Below are positions 40,272 to 52,600 of a stretch of DNA of 64,000 bases, piece by piece. Positions within the stretch are counted from its first letter, which is position 1. Every line of letters begins with the position of its first letter. Position numbers and translations under genes: made by a program. Source of the stretch: Neoconidiobolus thromboides FSU 785 (lineage: Eukaryota; Fungi; Entomophthoromycota); assembly GCA_025603075.1 (NCBI GenBank), contig MU626258.1:73457-137456 (forward strand). Reading direction: 5' to 3'. The notes beneath the pieces are model-generated. The model worked only from the letters and a program-made list of their open reading frames with translations, was not told where the DNA came from and ran no database searches.

Positions 40272-41021
40272 ATGTTTCTATTCTATTCATATCTAGCATT
40301 AACTCATTTATCTTTACTTATCACTTCAGCCACCCTAAACTCCACTTCCATTGATTCAGTGGAGCAGCAGGGTTGTATGCCATGGAGAGAAGATTTCAAT
40401 GGTGGTATGGGTCAATTTATTCCTGAAGGCCAAGCTAGTGTAGTTAATGGCAAATTAGTAATGAAGATTTCCTTGGGTAATACCCCTAACCCAACTACGG
40501 GAGTAATAATGGGGTATGGATCAAAAGTAACTTCTTCTAATAAAGTATTATATGGTACCACAACCGCTCGTATTAAGACAAGTCGAATGGGTGGAGTAGT
40601 AAATGCATTTATCTTAATGTCACCAGAAAAGGATGAAATTGATTGGGAATGGGTAGGAAAAAACGAATATTCTTCCCAAACGAATTATTATTATAAAGGT
40701 ATTTTAGATTATACTAAAGGTAATTATATTACCAATGGATTTAATACCCATGCTGATTTTCATGATTATTCTGTCAAGTGGACACCAACTGAAATCACCT
40801 GGATGATAGATGGAGCACCTGTAAGAACTTTAACTAAGTCTATGGCAGGTGATAATTTCCCTAATACTGCATGTAATATTTATTTTTCTTTATGGGATGG
40901 TGGTAGTAATGCAGCTGGTACTCGTGATTGGGCTGGTGGCTTGGTTAATTGGAATGATCCAGAATACACTAGAAATGGGTATATGTCTTCAGAAGTGGAG
41001 TATGTTTCTTATACTTGTTAA
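40272..41021 (+). CDS. Secreted GH16 Crh/Utr2-like transglycosylase (single catalytic domain)
   Basis: Reads ATG TTT CTA TTC on the plus strand (the track strand label is wrong). Signal peptide, GVVNAFILMS, KDEIDWEWVG catalytic ExDxE, FHDYSVKW and WAGG motifs. Confidence 0.92.
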   Translation: MFLFYSYLALTHLSLLITSATLNSTSIDSVEQQGCMPWREDFNGGMGQFIPEGQASVVNGKLVMKISLGNTPNPTTGVIMGYGSKVTSSNKVLYGTTTARIKTSRMGGVVNAFILMSPEKDEIDWEWVGKNEYSSQTNYYYKGILDYTKGNYITNGFNTHADFHDYSVKWTPTEITWMIDGAPVRTLTKSMAGDNFPNTACNIYFSLWDGGSNAAGTRDWAGGLVNWNDPEYTRNGYMSSEVEYVSYTC

Positions 41022-42965
41022 TATGCCTCATTCATCATCTTAAATATTTTTAATAAACAATTAATAATTTATGTCTTATTTTTTATGGCTCTTCATTATG
41101 TTTAATCTAATAGTATTAATAAAACTGGTTGCATTTGGATGCCTTAGATTTATTTTAATTTGTCGTGACATTTATAGTGAATGTATTAATAAAGTACTTT
41201 ATATAATTTGTAAATTTAATCTAAAAAGATTAACAATAAATTAAAGCTAAGACATCTAAATATAACCAGCTCTAATAAGTGAATTTTTTTAGCTCCTATT
41301 TATCATAAAATTTATAAATTGGTAGATTAAGAGATATAGAATATTAGTAGTTGCTTTTATATTTGTTTTATTGATAAATTAATAGTAAGTTATATTAATT
41401 TTTCTATGAGCATATAGTTTATTATATTCAACTTAACAAGCTGCTGTACTACTGTATATTTCAATGCTTACATACTGAATGTATGTCTAAGGTGGTGTTT
41501 ATGAATTCTATGAAAAATAATGAGTGGGATAAAAAAAATAAGAAGGCAGTTTAGTTGTATTTACATTTACAGCTTTGAAAATTATTATTAAAAAAGTCAA
41601 AATAATTGTATTTATTAACTGCAAAATATTACATGATGGGAGTTTGTAGCAAAGTGGTAAGTGTTGGTCGCATAGAAAACTAATTGAAACAACAAACAAA
41701 AAGTAAGTTTACAAAAAGGTGCGCAGAATTAACTTATTTTACAATAGTCCTAATCCACATATCTCCTATTCGAATCCAAGTAAGCCAAAAAATTAGCTAT
41801 TATGTATGGTCTCCAATCATGGATCTAAAAGTCTTACTATAAGTTCGGTATTTCTGGTGAATATCCCAGTGGAAATTCGATCCTGTTAAATCTTGGATGA
41901 TCTTGAACTTGAACAGAATTACTGGTAAATACAACTAACTGAGTTTAGTGAAATTCTTTCCATATTATAATATTGTCAACTTTTTGTTCTAAACCCCCTA
42001 CACTATGGCTCTTTACAATTTCTTGAATTTTAGGCTAGTAATTTATTAGTTAATCTGCTCGCTTAATGAATCCGAATAATATTAGAATAACTTCGGCTAA
42101 ATGCACATGCTTATGGCTAAGCGCTAGTAAACTCATACGCTATCAGTTATCTTCAAACGACATTAATCCTGTTAATTTAAATAAAAATCAAGCAGTATTT
42201 TAAAATTACTTATAATTACATTTTCAATATAAACTATTAAAGAAGATAGTAAGTAATAATAGTAATATAGGTTTAAACCTTTTATTATCGCTAGTTATAA
42301 AAGAACTTATTTTTAACCAGAGAAACCGAATTTAGTCTGCTTTGAATAATCGATACAGCTGTAGTCACTTTATTGAGATTTTATTGTAAACAGAAGAATA
42401 AATCAAATATTTTTGAAAACTTTTACTTATTAAAAGAAAAAACTGTCTTTGTTTCCTGGTCCAGTTTTACCCTTTTCCAAGACTATATTTTCAAATGGTA
42501 GACTTTCCTGGGAGAAGAGGCTTTCTTCTAGTCTTTCTGCTTCACTTCAGTCAGAAAAATAAAAGCACTCTTAACAAGAACTCCAAACCAACCTAGATAT
42601 TTAACACTCAATATTAAGTATCAAAGTTAACCCAATTATTTTTTTACTGCTTTTAATTCTTTTACTCTTCTAATAATTTTTCAAAATATCTTTTAGTGTC
42701 AAATACTTAAAAAACTGGTTAACTATTTTATTATATTAAATCAATTCAATTTTTTAAATATAAAATAGCTTGTTAAGTGCTTTTGATTTACATAATAACT
42801 GTAAAATTAGAATTAGTAGAAGTTTGCAAAAATAAAATTTACTAATATCCTTATTTACAATTACACTATTAAAAAAACAAAAAAACGAAAATTCACAGCT
42901 CAGTTTTATAAATGTATCTTTTTAATATTTATTTTAATCTCTACTTCGTCTTATTAGCTTTAACT

Positions 42966-44941
42966 TTATTGAGGGGATTCTGGATGAGGTGGGGTATCGA
43001 AACCAGGAGTGGAATTTGATTCATCAATCTTTTCAAATTCTTGGGATGAAAATTCATGAGATGAAGTTTCAAATGTAATCTTTTCCTCAACTTTAACATT
43101 TTCAACTTCTAGTTCTTCTTCAGGTTGTTCTAAACCAGCATCTTCAATTATTTTTTCCGCTGTTAAAAGATTCTTTTCCATCTCAGCTTCAAATAATTCA
43201 AGTGGTTCTTTGGATTCGACAACTACTTCTTCTTTAGTTTCAATTGTTAATGTTTCGACCACTTCAATTTTCTTTTCTTCTTCTACTTGACCATAAGTTT
43301 GTAAATAAAGTACATCTCCAGTTTGAATTGGTTTCAAGGCTACTAAACTTAATTTATGATTACCATCTTTAAAGACAGCTTTAACATTGGCTTCAGTTTT
43401 AGAAGCGGCAAGGAAACCACTAACTACGTAAAGGCCAAATGCATTGACTGGTTCTTCAGTAACAATTTTAATGCCTTCAGGGACAAGTGGGTTTTCAACT
43501 ACTTTATCTTCACTCTTTATAGTTGAAAATCCAAGGATACCTTGGCCAATCTTACTCTTCATATTTTTATAATAAGCCAAATCAACAACTAAAAAATTTA
43601 GATTAATTTAAATTTAATAAACAAGTTCAATATTAAAATTACCATGTTCAATACCTTGAGTTTCAACAGAGACGTATTGACGTAAATGGTCGAGTTCTTT
43701 AGTAAGAACATCATCTGATTCTTCAAAATCAATTGGAGCTAAACGCTCAACATGTTGCATGATAGTATATTTTTCTTTTGGTAAATTCTTAGCGGTACGG
43801 ATACTGTGCTCTTTGAATACTTTATTAAGTACTCGAGCCATAGTAACTGGGATTTTTTTGCCGGTTTTGTATGATTCTTCAAGGATTTGAATAGCTTCTG
43901 GTGATTTAATTAAACTTTCTTCAATGTATTCAATTTTGGAAGCCTCTAAACAAGCCTTAGAACAGAAATTTGATTTAAGATAACTGTATGTTGGTTTAAC
44001 TTCTTCTTCAGAGCTTAATTCTTTAAGACAATTTCCACAGAATCCTTTACCCTATTTATTTTTTAAACTTATAACTAAATATAATTAAAAATCAGCTTAC
44101 TTCATAAGCTGGTTCTAAAGTGGTGATAACTGGCAATTCAGTATAAATTTCATCACCTTCAGCAAACTCCTTCATAGTAGCAAGTTCATAGTCTTTGAAG
44201 GTAACGGCAGCAGAAACATCACGTTGAACTTTGGCTTCAACTAGTTTAACATTCATTTCAGGTGCTGGATTATCAATATAATAATCATTTAAAATAACTT
44301 GCATTTGTTCAAGCTGATAATATTAAATTAATATAAACTTATTATTTTATAGGATGTTTTTTACTTACCTCTAAAGCATAGATACTTGAAACAATTTCAT
44401 AACATTCTTCTGGAAGCATATTTTTAAACAAAAGAATGATTTCAACTGCATTTGGTACAACAAGAGCTGCACGAATAACGGCACAAGCACACTCTTCATA
44501 ATAAGCGGGACCTTTTTTGATAAGAATTAAGAATCATTTTTTAATAAATTAAATTAATAAACTTACCTTTAGTAGCTAATTGTTCAGCCATACTCAAATT
44601 ATAAAAAAGATAAGCTTCTACTTCTTTTTGAGATTCTGGAATTTGGTCCGCTTTTATTTTATCATATAACTGTTTATAACGAACTTTTTTATCTACTACT
44701 TTTTCTTCAGTTACAGTAACTTCTTCTTTTTGGATCTTTTTTTCTACTTCCTTATTTTTCTTTTCTAAAGTTGGAGTTAGTAGTCCATTTAAAATTGATT
44801 TATCTTATTCATATTACTTAAAGTTCTACGGAATTTAGCATCATTTCTACGTTTATAATCAAAGTAAATGGCATAAGATACACCACCAATAGCAGTGATA
44901 GCAATAGCCGATAAGAAGAAATTTTTTAAATTGAATTCCAT
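42966..44941 (-). CDS. TOM20: Tom20 (MAS20) fused to a degenerate SMYD-type SET/MYND domain (about 569 aa); exons 44941..44818, 44764..44567, 44511..44369, 44313..44101, 44051..43643, 43588..42966
   Basis: N-terminus AIAITAIGGVSYAIYFDYKRRNDAKFRRTL is the Tom20 signature. All five GT-AG introns keep frame (1710 nt) into EFAEGDEIYTELP, CGNC..FCSKAC and LSLVALKPIQTGDVLYLQTY. Confidence 0.88.
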
Positions 44942-45325
44942 CTTGAATAAAGCTTATCTAGAATGAGAAACCAAAAAATAGTAATTTATTGATTTTTTTA
45001 TTTAACTTTGTTCAATTGAAACTCCCATGACTTTGGGATTGATTCTAATAATTCGATAATTCCTTCCATTTCAAGTAACCCTTAGCTTATGATTTAATTG
45101 ATCAAATTATTTCTAAAATAAAAAAATAATTTAGTCGGGAAAATCTCGTATTTAAAACTCATATTTTAATTGGTTAACTTTTAAATTTTACCTTCTGCAG
45201 GAAATTGAAAACATTGATTGGCTCTGTCGAAAAGTGATAAAATTAAGCCAACCAACGATTCCAGCAATTACAAATTTTTTAAAACTTAAAAATTTTATAA
45301 AGTTTAACTTTTTAAATATTAAACT

Positions 45326-46814
45326 ATGGCATTAACTCATAATCTTGTTAAACAAGTCACTCGTCAATTAAAATCTTCTCCTGGTAATTATATTACTATA
45401 ATCATATAGTTATTAAAATATTTATTTTTTTATCAAATTAGCTGCTCGTTCCTTCTCCAACTCAGCATCTCGTAGAGGCTATGATGAAACTGTTAAAAAT
45501 ATGATGATCAACAGAGATACTAAAGTCATTGTACAAGGTTTCACTGGTAAACAGGTAATTTTAAAAAATGACAAAACCGAATTGATAACTTTATATTAAA
45601 TATTTATAGGGTACTTTCCATGCTCAGCAAGCTATCGATTATGGAACTAAAATAGTTGGTGGAGTATCACCAAAAAAAGCTGGACAAGAACATTTAGGCC
45701 AACCCGTTTTTGGCTCTGTTGCTGATGTAAATAATTATAATATAATTGATATTGAAGTTTTATTTATTTTGTAAAAAATTGGTAGGCTATGAAAGAAACC
45801 AAAGCTGATGCTAGTGTTATTTATGTACCACCACCAGGTGCTGCTGCTGCTATCCTTGAAGCTATCGAAAATGAAGTACCACTTATCGTAGCTATTACTG
45901 AAGGTATCCCACAACAAGATATGGTTAAAGTAGGTTATTTTCATATTCATTATTAATAATAAGTTAGAACACTAATTTAAAATTAGGTTAAACAAGCCCT
46001 TTTAACACAAAATAAGTCACGTCTCATAGGTCCAAATTGCCCAGGTATCATTAATCCAGATGGTTGTAAAATTGGTATTATGCCTGGTCATATCCATATG
46101 CCTGGAAGAATTGGTATTATTTTATTGTAATATATATAATATTGTTTATTTATTTTATTTTATTATTTTAGGTGTTGTATCTCGCTCAGGAACACTTACT
46201 TATGAAGCCGTTGACCAAACTACTCGTCATGGACTTGGACAAACTTTATGTGTTGGTATTGGTGGTGATCCATTCAATGGTACTAACTTTGTAGATTGTC
46301 TTAATGTTTTCCTTAAAGATGATAAAACTGAAGGTAATAATAATGAAATAACAATTTTAATAGATATATTAATTTGAATATATTAACATATGATTAATTA
46401 GGTATTATCTTAATTGGAGAAATTGGTGGTACTGCTGAAGAAGAAGCCGCTCAATATTTGATTGAGCATAATCTTTCACTTGCTAAACCAAAACCAGTTG
46501 TTTCTTTCATTGCTGGTCTTACTGCTCCACCTGGTCGTAGAATGGGTAAAATTTTTATGAAGTCTTGTTTTATATATAATATTAACTTATAATTTTATAT
46601 TAGGTCATGCTGGTGCTATTATTGCTGGTGGTAAAGGTGGTGCTCAACAAAAGATTGAAGCTCTTGAAAGTGCTAATGTTATAGTTTCTAAATCACCTGC
46701 CCGTCTTGGTGCACTTATGCGTCAAGTAAGTTTTATTTATTGTGTTTTTTAAAAGAGTATTAATTTTATTTTTTTCAATAGGCTTTAATCGATAATGGAA
46801 CCATTCAAGGTTAA
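45326..46814 (+). CDS. LSC1: Succinyl-CoA ligase alpha subunit, mitochondrial; multi-exon
   Basis: [49 protein letters not shown] and GRRMGHAGAII. Confidence 0.97.
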
Positions 46815-46896
46815 ATTTAAAAAAAAAGTAATTATACTATAAAAATAAATTGGGATTTATTTTAACCTTTAGTTCATTAATTTATTTAACTTTTAT

Positions 46897-48659
46897 TCAA
46901 GGTTTTGTTAGTTCAAAGTTTTTATGAATATAATGTAAATAACTCAAGATTCTTTTTTTAGCTGTGTTTAAATTAGGCTATATAAAAACAAGTAAATATA
47001 GTATTAACATAATCAATAATAATAGTTACTTTCATTACATGTAAACCATACATTGTTAATATAACTAATTCTTTTAATCCATCCCCATCAAAATCAGATT
47101 CAATTATACCATAAATTGGATAAGGCAATCTCTTTTGCCATGCTAATACATATCTTTCATTTTCTATTAAATCATTATTATTATATCGTTATATTATTAT
47201 GCTATTATATTATTATGCTATTATATTATTATATTATATTACCTAATTTATAAACCAGCAGTAATTGATTATACGTTCCTAAAAGTATTTCTTTAACCCC
47301 ATCTAAATCAATATCGGCTAATGTAGCACATAATATTGAATCCCCGTCAAATGGCAAAGTTAAATGAACTGGGCTACTTAAATTTAAATTTAAATTTCTG
47401 TTATATTCATTTAATTATTATCATTATTATTATTATTATATAAGATTACTTATAAATTAATCCTAAATTAACCGCTGTTGTAACTAATAAATTGATTTCT
47501 ATAAAAAAATATTAACTTAAATTATTAAATATTATATAATAACTCAACTTACCATCTAGATGAATGAAGAAAACTAAAGAAGATATAGGATAGAATATAT
47601 TTGATTTGGATATTAATGTATTTTCTAGATTTAAATAAGTAAATTTAATATCACAAACGAATATCATTATTAACCATACCATAACTTTTAATTTTATTTT
47701 TAACTTTAATAGTTTTAATTATTGTACAAACTAAACTACCATCTTGACACCCTCCCGCTACATATATCAAATCATTGTATACTTTAAATGTAAGCGATAA
47801 TATACTGATAAAATGTCAAATATTTAAAGAATAAATAATAATAGTAACAGCCTACTTTGTTTCTAGTTCCATTAAGAAACTTAACGGCTTATACTCCTTT
47901 TCAAAATCTACTTGTTCAAACTCAAACTCTAGATTATCCTAGAAACTTTAGTAAATAATCAAACAGTATTATTAAATAATATGTTTACTTTTTGCGAAAA
48001 TGCAGTTATACTTTGATTTGACATACAGACAATAAAACTAGGTTGCTGTTTTTGGTTTAATATACTTTATAAAAATAAAAAAAATTAAAGCCTCATCCTA
48101 ATAGATTAATCAAACTAAAAAAACTTACTCAATATGAGTAATCTTTAATACAGCAGCTTCCAACGTAATAGAATATCTATTAATAACCTCTAAAACGAAA
48201 ATGTCAATAAGCCCCTATTAACTAATCCCTCCTCAAAAGAACTCTTCACTTACCAATTCTACTCTTTTTACCCCCGACAAAAACCTCTTTTTCCACCTTC
48301 AATTTCGCAAAGTTAATAGAAAACATTTCTCCATTTAAACTTGCTTTAGCATAACAAATCAAAAAAGTGTCATCTTCAAAATTTGTTGGATAACAAGCAT
48401 CCAAGGATATAAACTCATCTCCATCGTCTACAGATTCTCCTATCGTACTCCACTTTTCTTCGTCTTCGTTTAAGATATAGACTCCATCGGATAAAGCTGC
48501 TAGGATATGTTTTTTGTTTATGAGATCTTTGTAGTTATCTAGTGGATGATCGGGAATTGCGAGGCTATAAAGGTTACTACGACCAGTATAAGATAAGCGT
48601 TTATAATGACATTCTTGGAGTAACTCTTTTTCACTCTGATCTTTGATGGTGGTATGCAT
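46897..48659 (-). CDS. KPTN: Kaptin (KICSTOR subunit) orthologue; about 10 exons
   Basis: Spliced segments are colinear with human KPTN as I recall it: GRSNLYSLA (SQSNVYGLA), EFISLDA (EIVSIDT), GGCQDG (LGCQSG), DSIYCATLADIDLDGVKEILLGTYNQ ([26 protein letters not shown]), LAWQKR..DFDGDGLKELVILTMYGLHVM ([27 protein letters not shown]). Confidence 0.85.
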
Positions 48660-49074
48660 TTTTTTGTAAATTTTTGAGTTTAAATGTGAAAAATGAGTCA
48701 AACTGTGACGAGGAAAATTAGATTTTGAATATTTCTTTTTTAGTTGACTTTCTATATATTTGATTAATAATAAATAAAATAAATAATATAACAGTTTTTT
48801 ATTTTTTTATTTTTTTATATATTTGTTGTTTATAAAATTATAGCTGAAAGGTGTTTGAATGTTTATATCACTTTACATATGTTAATATCCCCTGTTATTA
48901 TTCATCATAATTTTTATTATTAATACTTATTAGAATTTAAATGAGATTTAATTGACATTCACTCGTTCTAAAAGGCTATAAAATAAAGCTTCTATATGTA
49001 TGATTTATATTGTATACTTGCTATAGTTAATAATTTTGAATTTCATTTACAAAACGTAATAAAATAAAAGTATT

Positions 49075-49181
49075 ATATAGGAGTGTTTTTTTGACTTCAT
49101 TACTTTTTCCATTTTTTAAGCGCTATTTGAGTGGAAAAGCTATTAATGAAATTCTTAAACACAAAAATACATCCCCATATA
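49075..49181 (+). mobile_element. MITE-like dispersed repeat, copy 5 (in the KPTN/SSK2 divergent intergenic region)
   Basis: TA-TAGGAGTGTTTTTTTG...AAAAATACATCCCCA-TA. Confidence 0.85.
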
Positions 49182-49617
49182 CTGTCTTTTGACCATTTTT
49201 AATGTGATATAAAATTAAAAACTATGCTAGTTAAATATTGAAACATAAAAACATTAAAAGAATAATGAACTAAAAGAAATAAAACCAATTGATTTTATTA
49301 TTAATCCTAAGTTTATTATAAACTTAAAGCTTAAGCAAATAACTTAAGCTATTCATTCTGTAAATTTAAAATAAAAAATACATAATTTAAACTGTCAGAA
49401 AATAAAAGTGGATTAATAAACATTTTAATCACATCAACCCTAAAGCTTAAATTTAAAGCTTTATTTAAAAACCAGACTTTAAAGTCAACTCATAATCTTT
49501 ATAACCAATTTGATTTTTAAATTAGTTCACTTCCTATTTTTTAAAAATAAAACCTAAACACTTTTCTATTTAAAAAATATATCTCAACAAAAAGCGGGTC
49601 GAAACTGTAATAAGAGA

Positions 49618-52600
49618 ATGCAAGAGATAGACCTAGTATTAAAAGGAAAAATATTTTTCCTATTTGGTTTTGATATAATAAAGAAAAAGCAGCTGGAAGA
49701 TTGTATAGTAAGGTATGGTGGCAAGCTATGTTCTACTGTTTATAAAGAGGTAATATAATCATGATCAACTCACTGTTGTTTTTACTAACATTTATAGACT
49801 ACCCATTTCGTTACCACTTCTTATGAAGTACAACATATGAAAGGAGTAATTGATGAGATGATTGGTAACTTAACTATACCCATCATTAACGAAGATTATA
49901 TTTGGAGTTTTATTGATGAAGATTTAGAAGAGCAATATGAGTCTCCAATTTATTCAAAGTAAACATTATAATTTTTATTTAATTCATAAACTTAACATCG
50001 ACTAGAACCATTCAACCACCAACTACAGTATTGGTCGATTCTTCGTATCAAGATTTAGATGCAACTTGGGAAAATCCGGAAAAGATATCTGAACTTGGTC
50101 CAGAAAAAGATTTTTATCGCTATACACCTAGTGGAGAATTTAATTATCTAGCACATTATCTCTATGGGCAAAAAGATAATGTTAATATAGAACCTGAAGT
50201 GATTTCATTTACCCCTGAATCTGAACAACTGTTTCAGGAATTTGTTGAAGATAACGAAGATGATGATCATTTAGCTTTAAGTTTTAATATACCCTTACAA
50301 AATGAATCCATTATTGATAGTAACGTTAATGGGAATAATAATGAAAGCGAAGAAAATAGGGAAGATATTTATGCTAGTCAAATGGAAAGGATTGAATGGC
50401 AAGGTATGTTAGCTTCTGTATTAACAGGTGAAGTTATTGAGTCGGAGAAGAACCGAATTTATAAGACAATTAATGCCCATCAACACGAAAATGATCATTA
50501 TCAACGTTGGTTAGGTATACGTGCAGCGTTAAATAAACATACTTTAGTAGAAGAAAAGTTATATTTAGAAAAGGAACGATTTTGCGTTGATTTAATTATT
50601 GACGAAGTTATTAACTTTCGTTATGATCCAGAGAAATCATGTGAAATGACACAAGTAACTATATTATTAGATCAAGTATATTGGATTGAAAGTCTATATC
50701 CTTCAAGAAAAGTAATGATTCGAGAGAAACCAAGATACGGATCCGAAGAATTTAATTATAATTTAGATGCTTTGATTTCTTGGTGTACAATTAGTGAAAG
50801 TTTAGATACTCAATTAACAATTTTAAAAAATTGGACAGGTTCAGAAACTTTACAAATTGATGGATCTACAAATATTAATGGAGAAAACACAGAAACCTCA
50901 TCTTTTGTTGAAAAGATTTTAAAGGAAGACACATTACAACGTACTTTAGAAAAGAAAACATTAAAGAATTTAAGGACACTTTTAAGTAAAGCTAAAGAAG
51001 ATACCATTATTAATTCAGCAGTTTATCATAAAATCAATTTGTCTAGAAAAATATCCGTGGTTGAACTATTAGTTATTTTTCCAACTACATTAATTGTAGA
51101 ATTTTTAAAGCTTCGATTGAAATATGCTAATAAAATAGTAACACCAACCATTGCCATCGTAGATCAATTATTGGATGATTTCAAGTCTTCAATTTCATTG
51201 GCTTGTTCTGTAAAAGAAGAGTATGATTTTATAAGTAAACCAGCACCTGGATGGCATATGAGACTAAAGATTGATGCTGATTTTGATTCATTGTTATTTT
51301 CCTGTTTAAAATTTTATTTTAAATTACTTCACTGGAAAGTCAAATTAGGTTCCAAATCCTCCAATTTAAAAGAAGTAGAGTTTTTAGAAAGTGAATGGAA
51401 TTTTATTTCTGGTTTAATTTATAAAATTGATCGTTCTGAACAAGAAGTAGCAGAACAATTTTGTTCATTAACTTTAAGGATGCTTGGCAAATCCAATCTA
51501 AGTATAGGTGCTCAAATTAAAGACCAATCGTTACCTAATAAAGTCAAATCATACACCAGGCTATTTGAAAGCTTTCGTCTTCAAATTCGTAAGAAAACAA
51601 AGTTTGTTTCTATTTTAATGGCGAGATTCGAAAACTCCTCTGAATATGCTTTTGATGGTGCAAAATCACTATCCGAAGTCATATCTTTATTAGCTAAAGA
51701 TCACATCCTAATCAACCCCCTTAATCCAGGCCTAAAAGGAGTTTATTTCTTTTTAAGTTTAACGTTAGCTAATAATCCAGATCAAGTATCTTCTATATTA
51801 AATTCAGGATTTCAAAAAGAAGACGAAGTAGATCACAATGACTCAGGATATATATTAGTAGTATCAACGAAAGAAAAGATCAACTGGGAAGGGCAAAGTA
51901 TTGATCTAGCTTTCCACCCACCTTTTATGGATTTAAAACCTAATCGAGTACGTTTAGTTTCTGATTCAGCATCCACATTATCAATGAATAAATATAAATT
52001 TCAAAATTTGTTTGGGGATTTGGGGTTGATTATTTGCCATCCGAAAAGAGCCAACTTACCACGTATTCATCGAGAATTAAGTAAAATTAAGCGTATGTGT
52101 TTTAAAATATCCAAAGCCATTATAGATTCTGTAGCTAAAGTAAGATCTGCGACTGAAAATTATTCAGTAGATTTAATAGAAAATTGCTTTTTATTTGCTT
52201 CTGAATTTGGTCAAAGAATGATTAAAACAATGGATATTCCTATGCGTGCTAAATTAACTTTAAAGTTAATACGTTTGGCTATCGATTGGGTTAGTTTTGT
52301 ATTTAATGATTGTGTACCAACAGACAGAAAAACGTTTCGTTGGGTGGTGATTGCATTAGAATTTACTATGTTGATGACGAGTGGCAACAACATTGTATTG
52401 TTAAGTGAATCGGACTTTGATGAGTTGAGAGAAAATGTAGCAGGATGTATGACTCTACTTATTTCTCACTTTGATATACAAGGAGCTAGAGGAGCACAAG
52501 AAGATATGTTTAATAGTGTTCATACACCCAATAATATATCATTTGATCCCTATTGTTCAAAGCCTAGAGAATATTACTATTCAACAGCACGACCAGAAGT

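Noticed and set aside
40849-41043. 64-aa ORF in the track
   Set aside because: Alternative frame inside the GH16 gene.
41500-42650. Higher-GC, protein-like relic with frequent TAA/TAG stops (possible C-to-T decay)
   Set aside because: No homology recognised; a RIP-like process cannot be inferred without intact copies to compare.
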